DNA of 63,968 nucleotides, counting the filler, from Stramenopiles sp. TOSAG23-2 (taxonomy: Eukaryota), in assembly GCA_900128395.1 (NCBI GenBank). It is 3 parts of 3 records of this genome, joined end to end, with 100 filler letters (N's around TTAATTAATTAA, not from the genome) between each part and the next. Parts side by side here need not be neighbours in the genome. Positions count along the whole stretch, not along the records: positions 1 to 23,089 come from LT649495.1; 2 more parts are not named here. One strand, given 5' to 3'. Position numbers and translations under genes: made by a program. This document shows positions 11,228 through 21,656 of this stretch, piece after piece; position 1 is the stretch's first letter; each line of letters opens with the position of its first letter. The notes beneath the pieces were generated by a model. That model was given only the letters and a program-made list of their open reading frames with translations. It searched no databases and was not told the origin of the DNA.

Positions 11228-11359
11228 AACAGCCATTTCTGAATGGGGTGCGACCGTGCGAGGCAGCTACGTAGATTTGGACCTGGAACGTGGAAATGCC
11301 TCTGCCAGTCTGTGGTGTCGAGAAGCCGAGGGGAGGATCGACAACAACAACAGCCATTT
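11228..11359 (+). mobile_element. Short GC-rich insert with (CAA)n tail flanked by an 11-bp direct repeat (SINE or 5'-truncated LINE-like)
   Basis: AACAGCCATTT at 11228-11238 and 11349-11359. The ~110-bp interior is far more GC-rich than the flanks and ends in gacaacaac. Confidence 0.5.
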
Positions 11360-11660
11360 TTTTAATACCCCACCCTTACTATAACTTAGAACATAATAGT
11401 TAAAAACAGGAATAATGAATAATATCATTTAAACACAAATACTATTTTCCATACTTTCCTCTAATATAACATTTTATCATTTTTTGTAACAACATAACCC
11501 CCCCCTTCTTCATTTTTTTAGATTTTTTAATCTGCAAAGCTTCTTTTTTTTTCTAAGTCAATAAATTAATGCATTGATAATATTTTTACACCGTTTCTGT
11601 AATATAGCTTTTCAATTTTATATTATTATTGTTCATTTTGTTAATAATACAGTAATAACA

Positions 11661-13031
11661 ATGAGTTTTGCTTTTAGTTTCATTCGTTATGCTGCAATAT
11701 GGGTATTTACGTTTGCTTCAATCATTTTTGTTGCAAATTTACATCGTATACAGTATGCTACAGTGGATAGAAATCCAGCGTATACACACAAAATGATAGT
11801 ACATAAAAATACGACATTGTTGGCAAAAGTATCAGAAGTAATTGATACACATAAGGCAGCACATTACCTTTCTGAACATGCTGAAGATGCATGGAGAAAT
11901 TCAAGGTTTCATAATGATATTAATAATTTAGCAGAAGCAACAAGAATAAAAGTTTCAGACAACAAAGTTACGTATGTATATGTACACGTCCCACGCACAG
12001 CAGGTGATAGCTTGCAAACACATTTATTTCCTATCCCTGAAGAGCAAACGCATGTAGATTCTGCATGGTGGGGTAGCACAGGTGTGCCAGACTTAGTAGC
12101 TTCTTTGAATTATCCAAAATCTTGGAAAGTAGACAATTACAAACGTCTGTACAAAGGTTTTTGGTCAAGAGACAGAGTTATAAACGTGATTAAAAATGCT
12201 ACAATTGGAAAACGAGGAACTGCGTTTGATACATCGACAAATAATATCAGAATGTTTACCATATTACGACATCCACATGAACGTATATGTTCCAATTATA
12301 AATTTTTCAAAGCACATGGTGTATTACCTCGTGCAGTTTGTAATGTAAATAAAAATAAAAATACCACTAATAAACAAGACAATAAATGTTGTCCAAGTAA
12401 AGGATTGTTAATAGATTATTTAAAGCGTGTATTAATTAAACATCCAAAACAATTAGAAAAAAAAGGATCATGCCCATTAAATGGGAACGAATGGAAAATG
12501 AAAAGTTTTATGGATAATGAAATGGCATATCAACTTGGTAATATCATGGAAGCTTTTAAACGTGATGTAAAACCGAAAGTTGCACTAGAACGTGGTAAAA
12601 ATTTTTTAGATATGATGGATTTTATTGGATTTTATGAAGATTGGAATACAGATTTTCATCGATTAAAGCATGATATATTCCATGATTTAGATAGCGAGGG
12701 CAATACATGGATAAAGTGGTTTCGGCAAGAAATTTTTTTTCTTGGTACATTTGCTGCAAGAAATCGTATGCGTACATTAAAATATAGTGGTGGTGTCCAC
12801 GGGGAGACAAGAACATTAATGGAAGAAGCGACAAAATTTGATATGGAAATTTATAAATATGCACGTCGTAAAATGGGACGTAGTGAAGATGGCGGCTTAT
12901 TCAAAAGTTACAACGAATGGCTTTTAAAAGAAGCTGTACCATTTGGCGCTTTTTCTCTAATTTTCTTATTTATATGCCGTCGTTATTGTACTTGTCTTTG
13001 TTGTACTTTTTGCCAAGAGAAAAGAACGTAA
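11661..13031 (+). CDS. Membrane-anchored sulfotransferase-family protein (Sulfotransfer_2/Gal3ST-like)
   Basis: 5'-PSB-like YVHVPRTAGDS and 3'-PB-like TILRHPHERICSNY motifs. N-terminal hydrophobic anchor and C-terminal TM with a Cys-rich tail. First in-frame ATG at 11661 (ORF track starts at TTG 11574). Confidence 0.75.
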   Translation: MSFAFSFIRYAAIWVFTFASIIFVANLHRIQYATVDRNPAYTHKMIVHKNTTLLAKVSEVIDTHKAAHYLSEHAEDAWRNSRFHNDINNLAEATRIKVSDNKVTYVYVHVPRTAGDSLQTHLFPIPEEQTHVDSAWWGSTGVPDLVASLNYPKSWKVDNYKRLYKGFWSRDRVINVIKNATIGKRGTAFDTSTNNIRMFTILRHPHERICSNYKFFKAHGVLPRAVCNVNKNKNTTNKQDNKCCPSKGLLIDYLKRVLIKHPKQLEKKGSCPLNGNEWKMKSFMDNEMAYQLGNIMEAFKRDVKPKVALERGKNFLDMMDFIGFYEDWNTDFHRLKHDIFHDLDSEGNTWIKWFRQEIFFLGTFAARNRMRTLKYSGGVHGETRTLMEEATKFDMEIYKYARRKMGRSEDGGLFKSYNEWLLKEAVPFGAFSLIFLFICRRYCTCLCCTFCQEKRT

Positions 13032-13195
13032 GAGGAGTATGATATGCATATATATTATACGATCGTATCTTAATCTAATATAATAATGTGGTGGTGGTGT
13101 ATGTGTGTGAGGCAAAAGGCTACATCGTTTTTTTTGCAGCCAAAAGCTTTTGCACTTTTATTAATAAAGTGCCAAGTGCCGTGAAAGGCAAGGAC

Positions 13196-13797
13196 CCCTG
13201 CCCTGAATGATGGTGAAACGATAGAAATGTCGTTAAAGATGGAGAAAGTTAAGTGATTATCTTTCGCACCCTTCGGTGACAATCAAATTTTCAGCGTGTA
13301 AATAGCAGCCACACTAATTTTTTTCATTACTATGTCTATGGTAACACTGTATTAGGCCGTCACAGCACTATTTTGTCCACATTTTACCTGCTATTGCGGC
13401 CTAATAAGTGGCGACATTGCCACTAATTTTTTTCACTACTATGTCTATGGTAACACTGTATTAGGCCGTCACAGCACTATTTTGACGAAAAATTACCTGC
13501 TATTGCGGCCTAATTAGTGGCGACATTGCCTACCATACACACAGGTGGTACTTGAAAGACTTTTATACTTAAAATCACTTTTCCTATATGCTTAGACTAG
13601 TTTTTTAATTCTAATAATCTTTATCCACCCTTTGATGTGTATACACACAGTTATATATTTTATACATATAGATTTAAAGCTACAGAGTCTAATATAATAA
13701 TTTATACTTTATATACTATATTTATTTTAATACTGTTTTCCTTAAATGTTTATTTCTTCCAAGTCTCTTCTTTGTTATCTTGTACGTCAGGGCAGGG
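13196..13797. mobile_element. Possible MITE-like element bounded by an 11-bp terminal inverted repeat
   Basis: CCCTGCCCTGA at 13196-13206 and TCAGGGCAGGG at 13787-13797. Non-coding interior containing the 109-bp tandem. No clear TSD. Confidence 0.3.
13312..13530. repeat. 109-bp tandem repeat (2 copies) with internal palindromes
   Basis: cactaatttt... starts at 13312 and 13421. Each unit carries ATTAGGCCG...CGGCCTAAT inverted arms, and AGTGGC-gacatt-GCCACT spans the junction. Confidence 0.95.
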
Positions 13798-14165
13798 AAT
13801 GCTATATATTACCTGTACTGTATATAATAACACCACAGAATCTATCTTTTTTTAAAGATAGATTTCGTTAATGCTATTATATGTGCATGCTATTTTTTAA
13901 AATGGATGCCGTACTTGAACCTGTGACAACCTGTGTACAACCTAAACTAATAATCTAGGTCCTCTATAGACTTTTCTTTTCTTATATATAATATATATAA
14001 TATAAATAGTATAAAAAGTACAATTACAACAAATTGTGTGGGCTGGGATATATTTAATCTTTGATATATATATATATATATATATACATGTAAGTAAGCA
14101 TCATTAAAACGTTTATTTATAAATTACGGAAAAAAGAAAACAAACAATTATTATATAAGAAAAAC

Positions 14166-16530
14166 ATGTCAAAAGTTGTTGATGAAAATGCAGCAGAATC
14201 AGATCCTTTAACTGGTCCGTCTATCGGGATGGAAGGGAGTTCAGGTCATGGATGTTGTAAAAAGTTTTGTTTTGGTGCATATGGCTGGACAACATTATCT
14301 ATGGAATTTTTTATCGGCGCTATCGGTGGCCAGTTTGTCACTGCATTTCGTGTCAGTGGAAATTTAATAGCACCTATACAAATTTGGATAAGAATATGGC
14401 AACTTATCATGGCACCTGGACTAGGATGGATACAAGATAGTGAAGTTATGTTTCCGCTATTTAATCTATGTGGCATCAGGAAAAATTCTGAGTATCAAAA
14501 AGATGCTGATGGAAAAGAAGTTCGAGGGTCTGATGGAAAGCGGATTGTTGTAAAGAAAGGTTGGGGAAGACGTGCTCCTCATATTATTTATACTACAATA
14601 TTATTGATTGTTTTAGGAGCGTTTGCATATTCACCTGCAAAATGGGCTGACATGTAAGTACTTGTATTTATATACATAAATAACAAACATTACATAGTAT
14701 TACTGTATGTCTTTCTAACAAAATTGGATTTTTGCATACACATATAATACACACAAATTACCTTTCGTTATATACCGTATGATGCATAATGTTGGTACTA
14801 TAATAATAATAATAATAAATAGGACAACTGCACCTGATTCGACAAGGTTACTGAACAATGCTATTGTATATGGATGGAAACAAGAAGATGGAATTTGGAA
14901 TGATGGTCCAATGCCATTTACTGCTACAGACGGACTTGATTGTAGTAAACCACTAACATTAAATACAAGCATTGGGATGCAATATTTCAATAAAACTAGC
15001 ACTGATTCGACTAACGCAGTAACATTAATATATTCATCAGATATTTGTGCAAGCTTGGCTTCAAAGTCAAGCGTTTGTTGGCCAGGACCATCTGGGGCTA
15101 AAAAAACTGGCGATGGCGCACCCCGTGTTTGCGCAAAAGTTGCAGGCGAGACATTAGCAATACATTACCTGTTGATTGTTACATTTACGAAATTTGCTTG
15201 TGAAATGCAGTATGCCGCAATGGGACCTGCACGAATTGAAGTATATCCATGGAAAGAAGAACGTGTACAAGTAAATGCTTTGTACATCATTTATGTTGTG
15301 CTGGCCATTTTGGTATTTGTAGTTGGAAATACACAAATTCAAGGTCAAAATGAGCTTGGGACAAAACCAGAGGGTGGACAATCGGTAAGAACGTTTTGGG
15401 CAATCTATTTGGTTATTTCAAATTTTATTGGTTTTGGATCTATACCAGCAGTAAGAGATGCACAGCAACTATCTCTTGTAAAAACAACGAATGTATTGGC
15501 CGAATACAAACAGATATTAACAAGTAAACACGAAGCTCACGCGACATTTCGCGCATATTTATTACAACGGTTTCTTCAAACTTTGTGGAACAATATACGA
15601 ATTGGAACTTATTATTATTACTGTTTGTATGTATTACAAGTTTCATTGGCACAGACAGCTCTTGTTATTGGTCTAGGTGCAGGCGTTGGGTTATTTTTAA
15701 ACGCTTTTTTACAAGGCTTTTGGGCTGGAATATTTGGTATGAAAAGTAAGAATGGAAGAGAACACGGGCGAGATCCAAGAGTATGGACTTTGGTAGTATT
15801 TGCGGTAGGTTTGGTTTTGTATTTGATTGTCGTTGCTACATTATTGCAACCACAACCACTTGGAAGCGATTACGCGGGAATGAGTTTCGTCATTTTCCAA
15901 ATATTCCATGAATGCCAAAATAGTATTTCTGGCACATTGGATGCAATCTGGTTGGGATGGGTAAGTAGTAAAATTCTATTCCCCTAAACCTAAACAAAAA
16001 ACGATATCGTCTCTAACACATCACTCATTCATATACGCTACGCTCCACAGTCTCATGACTTGGATAATCATTATTGGACCAGAGATATGGGTATTGTTAA
16101 AAGACGCGAAGGTGTATATAAAACGTTACAAGTTGTATTTAGAACACTTGCCCAAATTATTGGTGTAATAGTCGTTTCAAGTTTAGTCATTGGTGCAACG
16201 CCATTATGTGATACAACTATTGATCCATCATTGTTGAATCCAGCATGCCAAACTACAATATTTCATTATTGGATTATTTTAATACCAATAATTCGTGTGA
16301 TTGAAATTTGGTCCGTTTGGAGATTTCCATTAACAGGCGATAAAATCAGACAATTATATTTAATACAAGGAGATAATCAAAAAGCTGTTGAAGGTACAGA
16401 TGCAGCAAATACAGTTGATTTTACCAAAGCAGGAAACGTTAACCCTAATCCTGCAAACAAAACACCCACATTAATTGCTGTAACAAATCCTACAGTTGTG
16501 GAGACCAATGCAACCGACAAGGATGTATAA
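14166..16530 (+). CDS. MFS transporter, GPH/MFS_2 (MelB/MFSD2-like) family; 3 exons: 14166-14653, 14823-15960, 16051-16530
   Basis: GWGRRAPH and D..D...KRREGVY family motifs plus multiple TM segments. GTAAGT...AG introns at 14654-14822 and 15961-16050 join the three ORFs in frame. Confidence 0.8.
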
Positions 16531-16658
16531 AGGAAGGTTTGAAAAGTTTAAACCACATTTTTTTTTTATTTTGGCGCCACCGTTAATATCAATAATGACC
16601 TTATGCATATATGATATATATTTGCATTATACCAAAGATATATATATAGATATATATA

Positions 16659-17430
16659 TGTTTTTCTCTTACTCATATGTTATATAAAATTTTTTTACTC
16701 CCGTTTATTAACATCTCAAATCAAAAATGATTTATAAATTTTAGTAAAAATTATTTAGTATTCAAAAGATGTTTCCTCTGTCTGTGATTCAGAGCTAAAT
16801 GAAAGAGATCCTTCAAATCAAAAATGATTTATAAATTTTAGTAAAAATTATTTAGTATTCAAAAGATGTTTCCTCTGTCTGTGATTCAGAGCTAAATGAA
16901 AGAGGTCCTCCTTCATAAAGTTGTAAATCACATTCTTTAATCAATCTAAATGATATATATATATCATGAGTAAATTAAAAATAAATTATGCGTAAATATA
17001 ATATATATATATATGCATATATGACCCCGTTTATCTGGGAGAGAGAGAGCTTTTCTGTATATATCGAAAATATATCATATGATATGACATAGACATATCG
17101 AACCGTACTTCTATGTATTGTATTTTATTTATGTTAATTGACATTTTTTTATTATTTTAAAAATATTTCATTTCATTATACACACATGTACGTAATATGA
17201 TATAATATATGTGTTTTTCTCTTAATCATATATATTCGTATGATATAAAATATATATATGATATATGAATATGATATATATATATTATATTATACAATTG
17301 TTTCTTTACCTTATCATATGCTTTTTATCGCTACTTCTTATCATATGTTTTTCTCTTAATCATATATATTCGTATGATATAAAATATATATATGATATAT
17401 ATTATATAACATATGAGTAAGAGAAAAACA
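16659..17430. repeat. 29-bp perfect inverted repeat enclosing ~770 bp (foldback/MITE-like)
   Basis: TGTTTTTCTCTTACTCATATGTTATATAA at 16659-16687 and its reverse complement at 17402-17430. Degenerate direct copies at ~17212 and ~17346. Confidence 0.75.
16716..16909. repeat. 97-bp tandem repeat, 2 near-identical copies
   Basis: tcaaatcaaaaatgatttataaa... starts at 16716 and 16813. Confidence 0.95.
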
Positions 17431-17449
17431 CATATATGATATATATATT

Positions 17450-17783
17450 TTATACAATTGTTTCTTTACCTTATCATATGCTTTTTATCGCTACTTCTTA
17501 TCTTATTACTCGTACTGTACCAGTGTCGTATTACACACTTTAGGACAAATGATTATAATTCGAAATTCCTAAAAATACATCAATAGTTCCTAATGCAAAT
17601 AAAAATGAAAATGGTGTTATACAATTGTTTCTTTACCTTATCATATGCTTTTTATCGCTACTTCTTATCATATTACTCGTACTGTACCAGTGTCGTATTA
17701 CACACTTTAGGACAAATGATTATAATTCGAAATTCCTAAAAATACATCAATAGTTCCTAATGCAAATAAAAATGAAAATGGTG
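17450..17783. repeat. 167-bp tandem duplication including the 3' end of the nucleotide-sugar transporter gene
   Basis: ttatacaattg...aaaatggtg at 17450-17616 and 17617-17783, with about one mismatch. A third partial copy starts at ~17290. Confidence 0.95.
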
Positions 17784-18798
17784 CACTAAAAAATGCTATT
17801 GCAAATGAAGTCTTGGTTATAATAGCCCCAGATTGTGCAAAACTCTTATAAATTGCATCAGTATATTTCAAACAATATGCTACTAAAATACCACCGCATG
17901 CACTTAATAAAACTGCAATATAATATAAATATGAATGATTTGATGCTAATATATTTTCTTTTGACCATTTAAAGGAAGGAGTATATGATAACGATCCTGT
18001 AACAATGATCAATGTGAAGGTTGATAATTGGACATTTCTTGACCAAATATCTTCACATAAACCGTCACTGCTTTTTAAAACTTTTTCTACATATACAGCT
18101 ATTAAACCTGATAGTGAAAATGATATTAAAATACAAAGAAGACCGATCCAAAATTTATGTGCCTTCTTAGCAGAATTTCTTTTACTATTGTTATGATTAA
18201 GATTGCTTTGAACAACTAACATAGCACCGATTATAATCTGTATAAGAGATTTCCATTGAAGTCTACTATATCTTTTATTTAGAAGTAAAACACCAAAAAA
18301 TGCAGCAGAGACTAGTTTAGTTTGCCCCAAAACCGCTATCGTTGGAATAGGAAGATATTCATAGCCCGTATAACCTAGAATATTCTGTATGAGATAGAGC
18401 AATGCTGGAACAATCATTAATAATGAACTTTTTGTGAAAAACATTTTCTTCAACACTAACCCATGATTAGATTTGGGAATAGTAAAAATGACACCAAATA
18501 TGGAAAATATCAATTTCAATATCTCCGATTGAAATTGGAACAATTGTGGGTTTAATCCTTCGCCACTTAGGGCCCCAATGTAACGCAATAAAATACCCTC
18601 TGTTGCATTTTGCAAAGTTAAAGCTATTAAAAGTATAAGTTTCCAAGTTGCAAATGGTTTATTATTGTCGTAATCGTTGATATTATTATTGCTACGATAT
18701 TTATAGAATTTATCTTTTTCAAACTTTTGTATGGAACTACTATTTAATAATGATTGTGGTAATAGATTATTGTTCTCCTCATCATTATTGTCACTCAT
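17707..18798 (-). CDS. Nucleotide-sugar transporter, SLC35A (UDP-galactose/CMP-sialic acid) family
   Basis: Motifs VPALLYLIQN, QTKLVSAAFF, VYVEKVLK, WSRNVQL, GGILVAYCLKYTDAIYKSFA; about 10 TM segments. Confidence 0.92.
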   Translation of the reverse strand: MSDNNDEENNNLLPQSLLNSSSIQKFEKDKFYKYRSNNNINDYDNNKPFATWKLILLIALTLQNATEGILLRYIGALSGEGLNPQLFQFQSEILKLIFSIFGVIFTIPKSNHGLVLKKMFFTKSSLLMIVPALLYLIQNILGYTGYEYLPIPTIAVLGQTKLVSAAFFGVLLLNKRYSRLQWKSLIQIIIGAMLVVQSNLNHNNSKRNSAKKAHKFWIGLLCILISFSLSGLIAVYVEKVLKSSDGLCEDIWSRNVQLSTFTLIIVTGSLSYTPSFKWSKENILASNHSYLYYIAVLLSACGGILVAYCLKYTDAIYKSFAQSGAIITKTSFAIAFFSAPFSFLFALGTIDVFLGISNYNHLS

Positions 18799-19777
18799 TC
18801 TCCCGATGTATGTATGTGTGTGTGTGTGATGACATGTATGTATATACTATATATATACTTATTGTTTTGTAATCTATATATTTATATAATATACTTTTAG
18901 GTAGAGTGCAACTTAAACTACTATATATTAATTAATAGTGCCAGGAGTGCTTTCTGATGGCTCTTCTGGCGGCTTCTTTCCAGCTTTCCAGACTTTTTTT
19001 TTGGATTTATTATATTATTTTTTGGCTATTATAATAATTAATTCCTGGAATTCATCATGGAGGAGTATAAACTAAAACTTCTCTCTCTGGTGCAAATTTA
19101 AATTACTCGCTGCGCTCGACTCCTTTTCCTAGAGTCAATAGTGTGTATTGTTATTTTAAAATAGCATCTAAATAGCGTTATATAGAATAGGAATAGCACG
19201 AAAAACTACATGTATAAGGTATTTTTATGCGAAAGATTCGACCTTTTGAGTATACACGAATGGTCGGGTAAGTATAAATTATTGTAGTCATTTGATTTCA
19301 TTGATAGGAACTTGGAGAGCAGAGCGAGGGAAAAAATTCAAATATTTTTGTGACCGCGTCTTTTGGTGTTGAGCTCACGCTATTCTATAGCTACGGAAAT
19401 ATACTATCTTTTGTGTATTAGAGACTTCTTCATAATACTATTACTATTGCGAATGATGAGATACCAGATACTATTGATATTGGTCATTTTTCGTAAAATT
19501 AGTTTTTCATTCATTAAATTTTATAAAAAAGCTCCAAAACATGTACAAAACAGCAAGAACGTGAAGAGAGAGTAGTTTCTGTGTGTGTGCGCGGCTGTTG
19601 AATATAGAGATTCTAATATATTGATTGCTTTCTTTCTTTCTTTCTTTCTCTTTTTATTATAATATTTAGGTAAGATTTTACGCTATATATATATATATAT
19701 ATTATATTTTTTTTTTGAATAATATAATAATAATTTAATAATAATAATTTAATAATAATTATTTGAAATTTTGAACT

Positions 19778-21307
19778 ATGCAAGTAGCAGCATCCATTTC
19801 AAAACGTGTACAATTGGAACAAAAACAAAAAAAGCTTGTGAATGAACCTGCTTTAAGTTTATACAATTTACCACCAAGTCACAATGTTTCATTGGATGAA
19901 TTCGAAAGTTATGCGATTGATCGTTTACAATTGTTAAGAACTATTGAAGCACTTCGTGCAAGAAATATCAAAGGTAGTGATTTTCAAAATGCGTTAAAAA
20001 AAGCAGAGGCAAGATATATGCCAATGACTGAACGTGAACAACGACAAAAGGATAATACGTCACATTTTATTTTAAGATTAGCATATTGTAAAAGCGAAGA
20101 TTTACGACGTTGGTTTCTTCAACACGAATGCGAACTGTTCCGATTTCGATTTCAACAATCCAATGATGGTCAAATCGATGCATTTATGAAAGTGAACAAT
20201 TTAGGATATGCACCAATTAGTCAAGCGGAGAAAAAACGTTTAGAAAAAACTTTAATTAATGTTTACATTGCTGGTGTAAGAGGCGGTACAATTAGTTCTA
20301 AAATTGCTGAAAACTTTGCAAAGATGAAGTATTACCGAGTTCCATTCACGGAAGTACTTACGTTGGTTTCAAGGCGTTTGGTATACATTGAAAAAGGTTT
20401 TGCATATGTTCCCCGTGATCAATTGATTACGTTATTACAAGGTCGTTTCCGTGCTTCATTATCAAAAGAATTAATCCATGCATTTCAACAATTGCCAGTC
20501 ATTTATGATGATAAACGTATTTCACCATTGTTACGAAATGTTAGTAAATTATACGTTGGTAAAAATTTCACTGGAAACAACGCAAAAGGCGAAGTTAGTG
20601 CAGAAAGTGTCGATGGGTTTGCAAATGATGGATACATGCCTGCTTGCATGAATGAATTACATGCTGCATTGAAACGTGATCATCATTTAAGGCATGCTGG
20701 AAGAATGCAATATGGTTTGTTCTTGAAAGGAATTGGACTACCATTGGATGATGCATTGCGTTTTTGGCAACGTGAATTTACAAAGAAAATTACTTCTGAT
20801 GTATTTATGAAATCCTATGCCTATAATATTAGGCACAACTATGGTAAAGAAGGTAAACGTGCCGATTACAGTCCATATAGTTGCCAAAAGATTATCTTAG
20901 GTGCTGGACCTGGACATGGTGAATACCATGGTTGTCCATACAAAGAATACGATTCAAATCATTTAACAAGTATGTTACGTAAAATGAAGATCGATGAAGG
21001 ATCTATATCGGATATTGTAGAATCAGCAAGGACGAAGAATTACCAAATAGCATGTAGAAAGCAGTTTGAAGCACGTCATAAAGGCGTAGGGGATGGTGTT
21101 GGGAATCATCCAAATGCATTTTTCGAAGCTGCACAAACATTACATGGCACAACATCAACAAGTAGTAGTAGTAACAACAACAACAATAACAACAACAATA
21201 ATAATAAAATTAATAATGGTCAACCACTAAACAATAAAGAAATGGAGAATAAAACAGCAGTAGTACCAGAAAATATATCTGCAACTGCACAAGGTTTTAC
21301 GGCATAA
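19778..21307 (+). CDS. PRIM2: DNA primase large subunit (p58)
   Basis: SHFILRLAYC, MPACM, HHLRHAGRMQYGLFLKGIG, YNIRHNYGKEGKRADYSPYSC, HGCPY and HPN, including the Fe-S cysteines. Confidence 0.98.
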   Translation: MQVAASISKRVQLEQKQKKLVNEPALSLYNLPPSHNVSLDEFESYAIDRLQLLRTIEALRARNIKGSDFQNALKKAEARYMPMTEREQRQKDNTSHFILRLAYCKSEDLRRWFLQHECELFRFRFQQSNDGQIDAFMKVNNLGYAPISQAEKKRLEKTLINVYIAGVRGGTISSKIAENFAKMKYYRVPFTEVLTLVSRRLVYIEKGFAYVPRDQLITLLQGRFRASLSKELIHAFQQLPVIYDDKRISPLLRNVSKLYVGKNFTGNNAKGEVSAESVDGFANDGYMPACMNELHAALKRDHHLRHAGRMQYGLFLKGIGLPLDDALRFWQREFTKKITSDVFMKSYAYNIRHNYGKEGKRADYSPYSCQKIILGAGPGHGEYHGCPYKEYDSNHLTSMLRKMKIDEGSISDIVESARTKNYQIACRKQFEARHKGVGDGVGNHPNAFFEAAQTLHGTTSTSSSSNNNNNNNNNNNKINNGQPLNNKEMENKTAVVPENISATAQGFTA

Positions 21308-21656
21308 AAAAAAATTTAAAAAACACAGAGTAACACCACACAAGAGAGACGCAGAGAGAGAGAGAGGTGGATTTTAATTAAAAAGATAATTTTTATAATA
21401 TTTTAAATATTATATCATAATATCATACGTTCGTATATATAATATAATATTGCACGTACGTAGTAATTTGTACGTGTCGTACGAAGTCGTAAAAATATAT
21501 ATCTCTTTAAAAAATGTAAGATGCGGTCGTGTGGTATCGTGTGTCCAGTGTTTTAAAAAAATAGATTATTTCCTTCTCACCCTTTTACACACAAAAATAA
21601 AATATACGGAGAGATATTTTTTTTGATTTTTACTTTCTTTTAATTTATAAAAAATA

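Noticed and set aside
11172..11384. 70-aa ORF as a protein gene
   Set aside because: Open mainly because it crosses the GC-rich insert; no recognisable protein features.
13312..17783. Repeats as CRISPR arrays
   Set aside because: Only 2-3 long units, no unique spacers of regular length, no cas genes, eukaryotic context.
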